NCBI GenBank assembly: GCA_049966155.1
Contig: JBMFVE010000005.1
Coordinates: 36,330 to 100,329 of the forward strand
Source of the DNA: Candidatus Kryptoniota bacterium
GTDB lineage: Bacteria > Bacteroidota > Ignavibacteria > Kryptoniales > JAKASW01
Direction of reading: 5' to 3'
Length of the DNA: 64,000 nt
Position 1 is the stretch's first letter, and each line of letters begins with the position of its first letter. The notes beneath the pieces were generated by a model. That model was given only the letters and a program-made list of their open reading frames with translations. It ran no database searches and was not told the origin of the DNA. Below, piece by piece: positions 20,554 through 30,524 of this stretch. The position numbers and the translations under genes were made by a program.

Positions 20554-20964
20554 TCATGGAACAATTTGAATATCGTAAGTGATCTCAGCTGTTTTCCTCA
20601 GCATTGCAGAAGCAGAGCAATACTTTTCTTCTGACAGTGATACTGCGTGTTCAGCGTCGGCACGACTGACAGCACCATGAATGATGTAGGAAATGTGAAT
20701 TTTCGTAAACACCTTAGGGTGCTCCTCCGCTCGTTTAGCATCTAATTTCAGCTCTAATCTCCTGACAGGAGCGCGTTTCTTTTTCAAGATCAGCTCCACA
20801 TCAATTGCAGTACATCCAGCCAGCCCCATAAGGATAAGCTCCATCGGTCTGGAAGCTGCGTCACTACCTCCCTCATTTATCGATGCATCCAGCACAACCC
20901 AGTGGTTGGAATCCGCCTTTACGACAAATGTACCCCCTTCGACTTGCTTCAGCTCAACCTTCAT
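20554..20964 (-). CDS. OsmC/YhfA family protein
   Basis: RPMEL..GLAGC...SEEKYCS; start trimmed to MKVELK. Confidence 0.85.
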   Translation of the reverse strand: MKVELKQVEGGTFVVKADSNHWVVLDASINEGGSDAASRPMELILMGLAGCTAIDVELILKKKRAPVRRLELKLDAKRAEEHPKVFTKIHISYIIHGAVSRADAEHAVSLSEEKYCSASAMLRKTAEITYDIQIVP

Positions 20965-20980
20965 TAACTCTCCAGCAGTT

Positions 20981-21586
20981 TTATTTTTCCTGCGATAGTT
21001 TTTGGACAAGACTTTCGAAGACAGAAGCTGGCCTATACCCTTCAAATGCAGCGCGCACATTTCCCTTTTTATCTATAACAAATGTTGTCGGTATGCCACG
21101 GATTCCACCATATGCAGCAACAACTTCATCATTCCCAAGCATTATAGGGTAATTGATTCCATACTTTTTCATAAATGGAATAACATCGTCAAGTCCGCCC
21201 TGATCAAGAGAAATCCCGAGCATTTGAAAACCCCTGTCCCTGTAATTCGAATAAAGTTTGATGAAGTCCGGGATCTCAGCCCGACACGGCGGACACCATG
21301 TTGCCCAAAAATCAACAATAACAACCTTTCCGCGAAAGTTAGAAAGCTTAATTATTTTGCCATCAGTTGTTTTGAGAGAAAAATCTGGGGCAGGTGTCCC
21401 ATCGCCAGGCGTATTGGAGACAGCTGTTGCAGGGGGAACACTTGCATTATCAGTTGCCTGTTGCGACGAAGAGCTGTTGCTGGATTTGTTTAAGTACACT
21501 GCTCCAATAACGAGCAATACAACCACGATAACTATCAAATGCAAGTTTTTCTCAAGAAAACTTTTCTGTTTTGCCTTCTGTGACAT
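20981..21586 (-). CDS. TlpA/ResA-like membrane-anchored thiol-disulfide oxidoreductase
   Basis: N-terminal TM, FWATWCPPC, GIPTT. Confidence 0.9.
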   Translation of the reverse strand: MSQKAKQKSFLEKNLHLIVIVVVLLVIGAVYLNKSSNSSSSQQATDNASVPPATAVSNTPGDGTPAPDFSLKTTDGKIIKLSNFRGKVVIVDFWATWCPPCRAEIPDFIKLYSNYRDRGFQMLGISLDQGGLDDVIPFMKKYGINYPIMLGNDEVVAAYGGIRGIPTTFVIDKKGNVRAAFEGYRPASVFESLVQKLSQEK

Positions 21587-21616
21587 AATGCATCACCTCG
21601 TTCTTTACTTTCTTTT

Positions 21617-22006
21617 TTAGTTTAGGTATTTCCTTAGCTTATCTTCCGACTTTACACCCACAATAAATTCAACTATCGTATCCCCGTCAAGAACAACCGT
21701 TGTCGGGGTGCCCATTACACCAAATTTACGCGCCAGGGAGATATCCCTGGAAACATCAATTTTTTGAATCGCATGACCTTCAGCAGCAAGCTTATCGACA
21801 ATTGGTGTTTGAACTTTACAGGCACGACATGAAGGTGAATAAAAATACATAATTATGCGATCCCCACGAAGCATCATTTTCCCGAGTTTGCCTTCCACAG
21901 GCCTGACTTTCTTACCTTTGTTAAATTTGCTTTTTAACACAAGCGCATATTGCATTCCAACGAAAGCAATGAAGATACCAAGCAGGATATATATCACGAG
22001 TAACAT
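21617..22006 (-). CDS. membrane-anchored thioredoxin-like protein
   Basis: N-terminal TM, SPSCRAC, GTPT. Confidence 0.8.
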   Translation of the reverse strand: MLLVIYILLGIFIAFVGMQYALVLKSKFNKGKKVRPVEGKLGKMMLRGDRIIMYFYSPSCRACKVQTPIVDKLAAEGHAIQKIDVSRDISLARKFGVMGTPTTVVLDGDTIVEFIVGVKSEDKLRKYLN

Positions 22007-22007
22007 T

Positions 22008-22205
22008 TCAATCCTCTTTGATCAAGGCCAAAGTGAAGCCGAACACACCGCCATAAAGTATGCTCAGGTAAGGATTACTTGAAATAGGACATGTTCCTGA
22101 AGTGCAACCTATAAAATAATAGTATGCATACCCGACAGTTGCTCCGACCACGACATAAGCAAGCTTGACGAAATTCTTTCGTGAAAGATATTTTTTGAAA
22201 TTCAT
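22008..22205 (-). CDS. small two-TM protein, DUF6132-like
   Basis: GYAYYYFIGCTSGTCPISSNPY. Confidence 0.7.
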   Translation of the reverse strand: MNFKKYLSRKNFVKLAYVVVGATVGYAYYYFIGCTSGTCPISSNPYLSILYGGVFGFTLALIKED

Positions 22206-22213
22206 ATTGGCAC

Positions 22214-22801
22214 CTATGCCTTTTCAGACAATACAGCATAATATCGTGCATTTAGACTTCGACTGATGATCGGCCTGAACCGGTTTCTCCTTAATATCCG
22301 AACAACATCGTCCTGCTCAAGCTTTTCATATGATGGAGGACCGTATTGGGATGTTTTTTTCCACTCAATAATCAGAAGTTTTCCATGCCGCTTCATAATC
22401 CTTCTAACTTCCCTGAGAAATTGGTCGGGGTCATTCTCATGAAGAATTGCACTGGCAACGGCGAAGTCTACTTCTGAAGAGAGGACATCAAAAGAATACC
22501 CATCGGAACTATGGACAATTACAGTATTCCTGGGTAGACGCTTTTTTGAGAGTATTCGAAGCATTTCCTCAGAAACATCTATTGCATAGGCTTTGCCCTG
22601 TTGGCCTGCTATGCGTGCTGCTGGAATTAAAAAATAACCCGTTCCAGCTCCCACATCTGCAACTTTCATCCCTCTCCTTAAACCAAAGGACTTAAGAATT
22701 TTAGTTGGAGGAAGAATTCGGCGGCGGTACTGAGATTCAAGGCCTCTATGATGTTTTGCTTCAAACCGATGGGTTAATTTCTTTTTGCTTTTCATACTCA
22801 T
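22214..22801 (-). CDS. class I SAM-dependent methyltransferase
   Basis: VADVGAGTG motif I; LHE...LREVRR. Confidence 0.88.
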   Translation of the reverse strand: MSMKSKKKLTHRFEAKHHRGLESQYRRRILPPTKILKSFGLRRGMKVADVGAGTGYFLIPAARIAGQQGKAYAIDVSEEMLRILSKKRLPRNTVIVHSSDGYSFDVLSSEVDFAVASAILHENDPDQFLREVRRIMKRHGKLLIIEWKKTSQYGPPSYEKLEQDDVVRILRRNRFRPIISRSLNARYYAVLSEKA

Positions 22802-22964
22802 TAATTAAATCCTTTAGCATCTTATCAGTCAACGCTGATAACCATCCACAGTCCTCGCAGGTAAAGAAGTAGATACTGCCACAGCACGCCATTTGTGGCT
22901 TCATAATTGAACCACAGCGCTAGCACTTCTGATTTCTAATCGGGTGGTTAATGTCAAACTCCAT
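22761..22964 (-). pseudogene. zinc-ribbon small protein with an in-frame TAG at codon 15
   Basis: MEFDINHPIRNQKC*RCGSIMKPQMACCGSIYFFTCEDCGW...; overlaps both neighbours. Confidence 0.6.
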
Positions 22965-23607
22965 TTTCGCTCACAGCCTTGGCAACTTCGTCAGCAAACC
23001 ACTCTTCCGGCAAGGCACCCTCAAAGTGATGAGTTTCATTTACCACAATCCGCGGCACCCCTCGAACATTGTATTGCAGCGCAAGCTCTGGAAACTCGGA
23101 TGCCTCAATTGCATCAGCGGTGATAAGATCATTGACCATTGCAAATTGATGTGATAGAACAACAGCTGTCGGACAGTATGGGCAGGATGGGGTCACAAAC
23201 ACCTGTATATGAACAGGCGATTTGATTTGTGATAGCTTCTCAATAGTCTCACTTGAAAGCTCCGTCGACGAAGTTCCGACATTCTTTACAGCATTCATCA
23301 ATGACACGAATTCATAGCCTGCAGGAATGCCATAGTACCGTATTCCATAATCTTTGCCGTTCATCACAACAATTCCCGGAGTACGCTTGATTCCAAACCT
23401 TGCAGCAATATCGTTATTTACTCCGATATCATATTTTTCAAAGCTTATTTTATCATTCAGCTGAGATAGCTCCTCGACAATCATTGCAGTATCCGTACAG
23501 TATTGACAATCTTCGTCTTGGGTAAATACGAGAATTTTTACATCGTTTGTTAAGTCACCGATTTGTTCGCGAATCTCAGCTTTATCTTCCTCTTGAATAA
23601 AAGCCAT
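22954..23607 (-). CDS. protein disulfide oxidoreductase (PDO/AhpF N-terminal-like, two thioredoxin folds)
   Basis: CQYC and CPYC motifs; GIPAGYEF. Confidence 0.88.
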   Translation of the reverse strand: MAFIQEEDKAEIREQIGDLTNDVKILVFTQDEDCQYCTDTAMIVEELSQLNDKISFEKYDIGVNNDIAARFGIKRTPGIVVMNGKDYGIRYYGIPAGYEFVSLMNAVKNVGTSSTELSSETIEKLSQIKSPVHIQVFVTPSCPYCPTAVVLSHQFAMVNDLITADAIEASEFPELALQYNVRGVPRIVVNETHHFEGALPEEWFADEVAKAVSENGV

Positions 23608-23618
23608 GGGTCTCCTTT

Positions 23619-23951
23619 TTAATTTGGCTGAAATACCTTGTTAATTTTATCGACAATAACTTTTTTGGGAACCGCACCGATAATTCTGTCCACCATTTGT
23701 CCACCTTTAAAGAAACCCAGCGTTGGTATACTGAGTATATTATACTGGATTGCTATATCCATGTTTTCATCGGTATTTAGTTTCATCACCTTTATTTTGC
23801 CGTCATACTCTCGAGCCAGCTCTTCTACTATTGGGGAAACCATTCGGCATGGGCCACACCATGGTGCCCAGAAATCAATCAAAACTGGCGTGGGAGAATC
23901 CAAAACATCACTTTTAAACGTCACTGTTGTTGTTTCGTGGACGTTTGCCAT
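23619..23951 (-). CDS. trxA: thioredoxin
   Basis: WCGPC. Confidence 0.96.
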   Translation of the reverse strand: MANVHETTTVTFKSDVLDSPTPVLIDFWAPWCGPCRMVSPIVEELAREYDGKIKVMKLNTDENMDIAIQYNILSIPTLGFFKGGQMVDRIIGAVPKKVIVDKINKVFQPN

Positions 23952-24099
23952 GATTTATTTTCCTTTCTTTAAAATTTTAGTCACTTAATTTGATGAAAAA
24001 AACAAACAATAGTTTCAAAGTTTATAACAAACTTACATGCTTTTTAGTTTTTGCAAACGGTTCAAATGTATATACCGGTTTCTGATGAGCACAATCACT

Positions 24100-25623
24100 T
24101 TAACTTGCAACTTGTTTAAAAAATTGTGTCAACAGCCGGACACCCACCCCAGAGCCTCCTTTAGGAGCATAATCCGTTTGCTCTTCCAACATTGCAGTGC
24201 CGGCTATGTCAAGATGCACCCAAGGAAAATTGCCTGTGAACTTTTTCAGGAAAAGCGCTGCTGTTATTGAACCGGCCCATTTGCCTCCAACATTCTTAAC
24301 ATCAGCTACGTCACTCTTGATTTGCTTTTCATATTCTTCAAAAATAGGCAACTGCCAGACACGCTCATAGGTGCGCTCCCCAGCTTCTTTAAGCTGCGCC
24401 ATGACTTCATCACTTGTACCGAACATCCCCGTCACATGATGACCCAGAGCAACGACTACTGACCCCGTAAGGGTTGCCAGATCGATTATAGCTTTCGGAT
24501 TATACCGATGTGCAAAGTGGAGAGCATCAGAAAGGACAATTCTCCCTTCTGCATCGGTATTGTCCACTTCAACTGTTAGTCCCGACATCGTGGTGATGAT
24601 GTCGCCCGGCTTATACGCAGAGCCAGATGGGAGATTCTCCGTACATGGAGCCAATCCAACCACGTTTACAGGTAGCTTAAGTGACGCTATTGCCTGAAGC
24701 GTACCCAACACCGCAGCGGCCCCCGACATATCCATTTTCATTTCTGCCATTCCAGCCGAGGGTTTAATTGAAATTCCACCACTGTCAAACGTTATACCCT
24801 TTCCGACTATAACGTAAATGCCTTTGCTGCGTGAACTCCCCCTGTACTCAAGTATAATAAACCGGGGAGGCTTTGTGCTTCCTGAACTCACTGCAAGCAA
24901 GCCGCCCATTCTGAGTGCACGAATTTTCCTCTCATCAAAAACTGTTGCCTTAATTCCATATTTCCTTGCCATTTTTACTGCGGCATTTGCAAGAGTTTCC
25001 GGATAAATTTCGTTCGCCGGGGCGTTTGATAAATCACGCGCAAAATACACTGCCTGGCATACAAGTTGAGCGTTGCGGGCCACTTTTCGCCCAATAGATG
25101 TCTGCAGTTCTCTGAATGCAACAATAAACGAGTCTATTTCTGTCCTCACTTTGTTTCCTGTCAGATACCTATCATACCTGTATTGCGAAAGCATTGCGCC
25201 TTCTACAATTGAATGAACTACCTCATACCCGGTCAGCCGCTCGATAATTGTTGAAGAAGCGGAATAAACAACCTTCAGCTTTTTTTCCCTGTTAGAATGA
25301 TTAAGGGCAGTTTGTATGGCCTTGGTCCCTGTTGCCGCTGCTCTGCGAAGCTTCTCACTTGTAACAGAATCTTTCTGACCGAGACCTACCAGAACGAGTG
25401 CCCGTGTATATGAAAGGCCATAAACTATCATCTGCTGGCCAAATTCACCTTTAAACCCACTTGCTCCAATGGCTGATTTCACAAGCTGATTTTCGCTGCC
25501 AAATGGAAGACCGGCAAACGCTTTGGCCTTACGGAAATCATCAATATCTTCCTTGCAGAAAATAACAACAGTAGCGTTAGAATTAACCTCTGTGAAGTGT
25601 TTTTCTTGAAACTCACTATTCAT
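24100..25623 (-). CDS. pepA: leucyl aminopeptidase (M17)
   Basis: GKGITFDSGG, NTDAEGR, DLATLTG. Confidence 0.95.
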   Translation of the reverse strand: MNSEFQEKHFTEVNSNATVVIFCKEDIDDFRKAKAFAGLPFGSENQLVKSAIGASGFKGEFGQQMIVYGLSYTRALVLVGLGQKDSVTSEKLRRAAATGTKAIQTALNHSNREKKLKVVYSASSTIIERLTGYEVVHSIVEGAMLSQYRYDRYLTGNKVRTEIDSFIVAFRELQTSIGRKVARNAQLVCQAVYFARDLSNAPANEIYPETLANAAVKMARKYGIKATVFDERKIRALRMGGLLAVSSGSTKPPRFIILEYRGSSRSKGIYVIVGKGITFDSGGISIKPSAGMAEMKMDMSGAAAVLGTLQAIASLKLPVNVVGLAPCTENLPSGSAYKPGDIITTMSGLTVEVDNTDAEGRIVLSDALHFAHRYNPKAIIDLATLTGSVVVALGHHVTGMFGTSDEVMAQLKEAGERTYERVWQLPIFEEYEKQIKSDVADVKNVGGKWAGSITAALFLKKFTGNFPWVHLDIAGTAMLEEQTDYAPKGGSGVGVRLLTQFFKQVAS

Positions 25624-26641
25624 CCATACTTACCTCTTCTTTAAACAAAATTTTGCCTGCAGTTGTGAGAACATCAGGAATAACATCATACAGTTTTCGT
25701 CCAAAAATCCGTGCACCTGAGGCATTCTTATGTCCTCCACCGCCATAAATCTTGGCAACTTCGTTTACAGCAAGGTTTCCTTTTGACCTGAAGCTAATTT
25801 TCACTCCATCAGGAAGTTCCATGAAAAACAAAGTCGCTGCAACTCCTTTTATAGCAGCAGCATGATTTACAAATCCATCAGTCTCATCAGGTTTTACCCC
25901 GTTGCGTATCAACTGCTCTAACGTGACAGTGAAGTACGACAATCGCCCGTTGTATGCGAGCTGCACATTTGTTAAAACTTCTCCCAGTAAATGGGTTCTG
26001 CCCAGTGAGTTTTGTTCATATAAGCTATTGTACACATATGTTGGATCAACACCTAATTCAAGAAGCTCTGCTGTAAGACGATGAAGTGCAGCATCAGTCC
26101 GTGGAAATCTAAAAGAGCCGGTATCTGTCATTATACCCGCATACAGTGGCTCAGCTATTGTTTTATCGAGTATGGCGGGATTAAAACCTTTAAGGAGGTT
26201 ATAAATTATTTCAGCGCTCGCAGCCGAGTCCAAGTCAATAAACATATAGTCAGCAAAATCCTCCGCATCAAGGTGATGATCCACTACCACCTTGACAGCT
26301 TTACTCTTTACAAAATATTCTTCCAGTGTTCTCAACCTCGATTGGTTGTTCATATCAAAGGCAATGAGTACATCTGCACCAAGTATAATGTTTGCATGCT
26401 CAGCAGGAAGGAACTTCACGATTTCACTGTCATAATCGAGAAACAGATGGTTTTCAGGGGTTTCACTGTGGTTTAAGATAATACTTTCTTTTCCGAGCTT
26501 CCTCAGAAACCTATTTACCGCAAGTTCACATCCAAGGCCGTCAGCATCCGGATTAACATGCGTTGTTAAAACAAATTTTTTGCCTGCCTCTACAATTTGG
26601 CGGAAATATTTAATAAAATCTTTCTTTTCAACGGTCTGCAT
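25616..26641 (-). CDS. nrnA: DHH/DHHA1 phosphoesterase (NrnA-like)
   Basis: HVNPDAD, DHH, TDTGSF, GGGGH. Confidence 0.88.
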   Translation of the reverse strand: MQTVEKKDFIKYFRQIVEAGKKFVLTTHVNPDADGLGCELAVNRFLRKLGKESIILNHSETPENHLFLDYDSEIVKFLPAEHANIILGADVLIAFDMNNQSRLRTLEEYFVKSKAVKVVVDHHLDAEDFADYMFIDLDSAASAEIIYNLLKGFNPAILDKTIAEPLYAGIMTDTGSFRFPRTDAALHRLTAELLELGVDPTYVYNSLYEQNSLGRTHLLGEVLTNVQLAYNGRLSYFTVTLEQLIRNGVKPDETDGFVNHAAAIKGVAATLFFMELPDGVKISFRSKGNLAVNEVAKIYGGGGHKNASGARIFGRKLYDVIPDVLTTAGKILFKEEVSMDE

Positions 26642-26693
26642 TCAACCATTTATTTTTGAATTTCAACCGAAAGGATTTTACTGGAAAATACGA

Positions 26694-26721
26694 TGGCGGC
26701 AAGTTGACAAACCTGCCGCCA
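26694..26721. other. GC-rich intergenic hairpin
   Basis: TGGCGGCA...TGCCGCCA; no adjacent U-tract. Confidence 0.6.
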
Positions 26722-26752
26722 CGATGCCAGAAAGCAACTTTACATACCTTCT

Positions 26753-27793
26753 TCAGTTTCCGGAAATTTCCCACGTATTGCCTGCACGGAGAAGGCGGTT
26801 CAAGTCGCCCTTTCCATGTTTTTGTTTTGCCACCTCGATTTGCTGAACCATCATATCCTCATAAGACGGCTTTTCAACCTCATAAAAAACGCCAACAGGG
26901 GTAGGAAAGCCGGGTCTATCACTGAATTGAGCCAGCAAAAAAGCTATGTCGAGGGAAGTCTCATCATACACAATTAAATCATTCAAGGTGTACTTTCCAT
27001 CTTTCAGAGAAACAATTTCCGGGGTAAACCCATTCATTCTAATTCCCTTATCATTTTCTTTTCCGAACACAAGAGGCTTCCCATGTTCAAGATACAGAAC
27101 ATTATCGGCTTTTGTCTCTTTTTCAGTCAAAATGAAATAAGCGCCATCGTTAAAAACATTGCAATTCTGATATATTTCAATAAATGCGGTCCCCTTATGC
27201 TTCCCTGCACGAAGTATCATTTGTTGCAGATGCTTTGGATCCCTGTCCATCGATCTCGCAACAAATGTCCCTTGAGAACCAAGTGCAAGCTGAACAGGGT
27301 TGAACGGATAATCAATGGTCCCGTAAGGGCTTGACTTGGTTTTCTTGCCGAATTCGGATGTGGGTGAGTATTGCCCTTTTGTTAGGCCGTAAATCCGGTT
27401 ATTAAACATCAATATCTTGAGTCCAATATTTCTCCTCATTGCGTGAATGATATGGTTTCCACCAATGGAAAGTGCGTCGCCGTCACCTGTTGCGACCCAA
27501 ACGGAAAGATCCGGATTTGCAGTTTTTACGCCAGTTGCGATAGCCGGTGCTCTTCCGTGGATTCCATGAATACCATATGTGTTCATATAGTAAGGAAACC
27601 GACTTGAACATCCAATCCCGGAAACGAACACGTATTTTTCAATTGGAATATCCAGCTCAGGGAGAGTGCGCTGAACCTGTGCAAGGATAGAATAGTCTCC
27701 ACAGCCCGGGCACCACCTTACGTCCTGATCGGACGCAAAATCTTTTGCCGTGTACCTTTTCCTTACCTGAACTGCTCCATTTCCATCTGCCAT
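26753..27793 (-). CDS. korB: 2-oxoacid:ferredoxin oxidoreductase beta subunit
   Basis: WCPGCG, GIGCS, GDGD TPP-binding motif. Confidence 0.92.
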   Translation of the reverse strand: MADGNGAVQVRKRYTAKDFASDQDVRWCPGCGDYSILAQVQRTLPELDIPIEKYVFVSGIGCSSRFPYYMNTYGIHGIHGRAPAIATGVKTANPDLSVWVATGDGDALSIGGNHIIHAMRRNIGLKILMFNNRIYGLTKGQYSPTSEFGKKTKSSPYGTIDYPFNPVQLALGSQGTFVARSMDRDPKHLQQMILRAGKHKGTAFIEIYQNCNVFNDGAYFILTEKETKADNVLYLEHGKPLVFGKENDKGIRMNGFTPEIVSLKDGKYTLNDLIVYDETSLDIAFLLAQFSDRPGFPTPVGVFYEVEKPSYEDMMVQQIEVAKQKHGKGDLNRLLRAGNTWEISGN

Positions 27794-29629
27794 TTACTTA
27801 ACACCTCCAATCAATTCTATGATTTCATCCTCCAACTCACTCGATTTTAAAGGAAGCCCTCTTACCTTATTAAACTGATGTACAGGTAAAAGAAATTCAG
27901 CTTTAATAAGATGAGCAAGCTGTCCGAGATTGATTTCTGGTACGAAAATCTTTTTAAACTTCTTCAATACGTCACCGAGATTGCGTGGAAAGGGATTCAG
28001 ATAGCGCAGGTGAGCATGGGAGACTGAAAATCCCTTTGCACGGACACGCTCGACAGCTGCCCTAACGGCACCAAAAGTTCCCCCCCAGCTTACTACCAGC
28101 ACTTCTCCCTCCTCTTCACCAAAGACATCCTGTAGAGGGATATCCTTGGCTATTCCCTTGACTTTTTCAGCTCTAAGATGAACCATAAAGTCATGATTGT
28201 CTGGATCATAGCTAACATTGCCTGTAATATGAGCTTTTTCAAGGCCGCCAATCCTATGCTCCAAACCAGGAGTTCCGGGAAGTGCCCATGGACGGACGTT
28301 ATTTTCGTTCCGTGCGTATGGGTGGAAGTTCTCGGGGTCTGTCCTAAATGTAACCTGAATTTTCGGAAGCTCATCCGCATCTGGTACAAGCCATGGCTCG
28401 CTGCCATTAGCAAGATAGCCGTCTGTCAGGAGGTACACAGGAGTCATGTACTTAATAGCAATTCGAGCTGCTTCGTAAGCCATATTGAAGCAGTCCACTG
28501 GCGTTGCTGCCGCAATAACAGGCGCCGGTGCTTCGCCGTGCCTTCCAAATGTAACAAACAAAAGGTCGGCTTGCTCTGTCTTTGTGGGCAACCCGGTTGA
28601 AGGTCCTCCCCGCTGAACATCTACAATAACCACTGGAAGTTCGAGCATTACAGCTAAACTTACTGTCTCTGATTTAAGGGCTGCGCCAGGGCCGCTCGTT
28701 CCAGTAACAGCAAGGGCTCCAGCATAAGCAGCTCCAACTGCAGCACCCGCAGCGGCAATTTCATCCTCTGCCTGAAATGTTTTCACATCATAGTTCTTGT
28801 AAATAGAAAGATTGTGCAGAATGTCGCTTGCCGGTGTGATTGGGTAGCTTGCATAGTACAGTTGAAGCCCGGCTCTTTGAGCTGCTGCCACCAATCCGAG
28901 CGCAGTTGCTTCATTACCGGAGATGTTTCTATAAATACCCGGCTTCAACTGTGCGGGTTTTACTTCATAGCGGGAAGTAAATTCCTCAGTAGTTTCTCCG
29001 TAATAATATCCAGCTCTAAGAGCTTTTATATTTGCTTCTGCCAGCAGTGGCTCCTTTCCAAACTTTTCTTTGACCCACTCCTCTGTGGGTTCCATTGGAC
29101 GGGAAAAGAGCCAGTACATCAGACCAAGAGCAAAGAAATTCTTGGACCTGACCATGGCTTTTTGATTCAGCCCCAATCCCTGAAGGGCATTCAATGTAAG
29201 CTTGGTAATCGGAACTGCCACAAGCTGATATTCACCCAGCGAACCGTCTGTTAGAGGATTTGATTTATAACCCGCCAGCTCGAGATCTCTGTCAACAAAA
29301 GAATCAGAGTTGGCTATTATTAAGCCCCCTTTTCTTAAATCTTTTAAATGAACCTTCAAAGCAGCCGGATTCATCGCAACCAGAACGTCAGGCTGATCAC
29401 CGGGTGTCAAAATATCTTTACTTGAGAAATGAAGCTGGAAACTGGAAACTCCAAAAAGCGTTCCTGCAGGAGCACGTATCTCCGCGGGATAATCGGGCAA
29501 AGTGCTCAGGTCATTGCCCACCAGCGCAGTGGTGTCGGTAAACCTGGCACCAGTCAACTGCATTCCGTCTCCTGAATCGCCGGCAAACCTAATCACCACG
29601 TCGTCCAGGATCTCTACTGTCTTACCCAT
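27794..29629 (-). CDS. korA: 2-oxoacid:ferredoxin oxidoreductase alpha subunit (gamma-alpha fusion)
   Basis: GDSGDG, YPAEIR, YPITP, QRGGPSTG. Confidence 0.92.
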   Translation of the reverse strand: MGKTVEILDDVVIRFAGDSGDGMQLTGARFTDTTALVGNDLSTLPDYPAEIRAPAGTLFGVSSFQLHFSSKDILTPGDQPDVLVAMNPAALKVHLKDLRKGGLIIANSDSFVDRDLELAGYKSNPLTDGSLGEYQLVAVPITKLTLNALQGLGLNQKAMVRSKNFFALGLMYWLFSRPMEPTEEWVKEKFGKEPLLAEANIKALRAGYYYGETTEEFTSRYEVKPAQLKPGIYRNISGNEATALGLVAAAQRAGLQLYYASYPITPASDILHNLSIYKNYDVKTFQAEDEIAAAGAAVGAAYAGALAVTGTSGPGAALKSETVSLAVMLELPVVIVDVQRGGPSTGLPTKTEQADLLFVTFGRHGEAPAPVIAAATPVDCFNMAYEAARIAIKYMTPVYLLTDGYLANGSEPWLVPDADELPKIQVTFRTDPENFHPYARNENNVRPWALPGTPGLEHRIGGLEKAHITGNVSYDPDNHDFMVHLRAEKVKGIAKDIPLQDVFGEEEGEVLVVSWGGTFGAVRAAVERVRAKGFSVSHAHLRYLNPFPRNLGDVLKKFKKIFVPEINLGQLAHLIKAEFLLPVHQFNKVRGLPLKSSELEDEIIELIGGVK

Positions 29630-29654
29630 AATATCACGTCCTTTGATTTTTTTT

Positions 29655-30389
29655 TCATGAAAACTCGCTTAGAAAGGGAAACCATTTTGCAAAATAACTC
29701 GATAATATTTGTAAAGAATTAGTCATAATAAGAACACCCACAATAATCAAAAGAATACCACCAACTATTTCAACCCATCTCACGTACTTGCTGAATTTTT
29801 TAAAAAAAGACAGGAATGCATTTACGCTGACACTGGTTATTAGAAATGGTATTCCAAGTCCGATAGAGTATACAGACAACAGTATTATCCCCTTCATTAC
29901 TGTATCCTGCTGTGAAGCAATAGCCAAAATTCCAGCCAGAACGGGCCCTATGCACGGTGTCCATCCGAATGCAAATGCTAATCCGGCAACAAATGATCCA
30001 AACGGCCCAATCTTCTTCTCGGAATGGAACTTCTTTTCATAGTTAAGAAATTTTATCTTGAAGATTCCAGTCATGTGAATGCCGAATAGAATTATTACAA
30101 TGCCGGCAATTTTTGCAAACAAATCAAACTTTTCCTGTAGAAATTTGCCTATAGCTGTGGCCGATGCTCCAAGAGCCACGAAGACCACAGAAAATCCTAT
30201 CACAAATAATAAGGAATTGAGAGTCACCTTCTTGAAAAGCTCAGAGCGAGAGCTGTTTAGCATCTCGTCAAAGCTATACCCACTAATAAAAGAGAGGTAG
30301 CCCGGCACTATTGGCAGGACACACGGTGAAACGAACGATAAGACACCGAACACAAAGGCAGTTAGTACTGTTACGTTCTCCAACAGCAT
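29655..30389 (-). CDS. ccdA: CcdA/DsbD-beta transmembrane disulfide reductase
   Basis: SPCVLP and WTPCIGP. Confidence 0.9.
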   Translation of the reverse strand: MLLENVTVLTAFVFGVLSFVSPCVLPIVPGYLSFISGYSFDEMLNSSRSELFKKVTLNSLLFVIGFSVVFVALGASATAIGKFLQEKFDLFAKIAGIVIILFGIHMTGIFKIKFLNYEKKFHSEKKIGPFGSFVAGLAFAFGWTPCIGPVLAGILAIASQQDTVMKGIILLSVYSIGLGIPFLITSVSVNAFLSFFKKFSKYVRWVEIVGGILLIIVGVLIMTNSLQILSSYFAKWFPFLSEFS

Positions 30390-30524
30390 CTCCTCTTAAA
30401 ATTTAACTCAGCATACAAAATTGAACAACTGCAAACCATCGTTAAGTTAGATGAAAAAACAAACGAATAGGTTCTCCTCTTCACGCCTTTTAAAACGTAC
30501 GAAGAGATGTCAAAGTTCGCAGCC

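Noticed and set aside
22920..22922. Genome-wide TAG reassignment
   Set aside because: Several intact genes here end in TAG, and long genes contain no internal TAG
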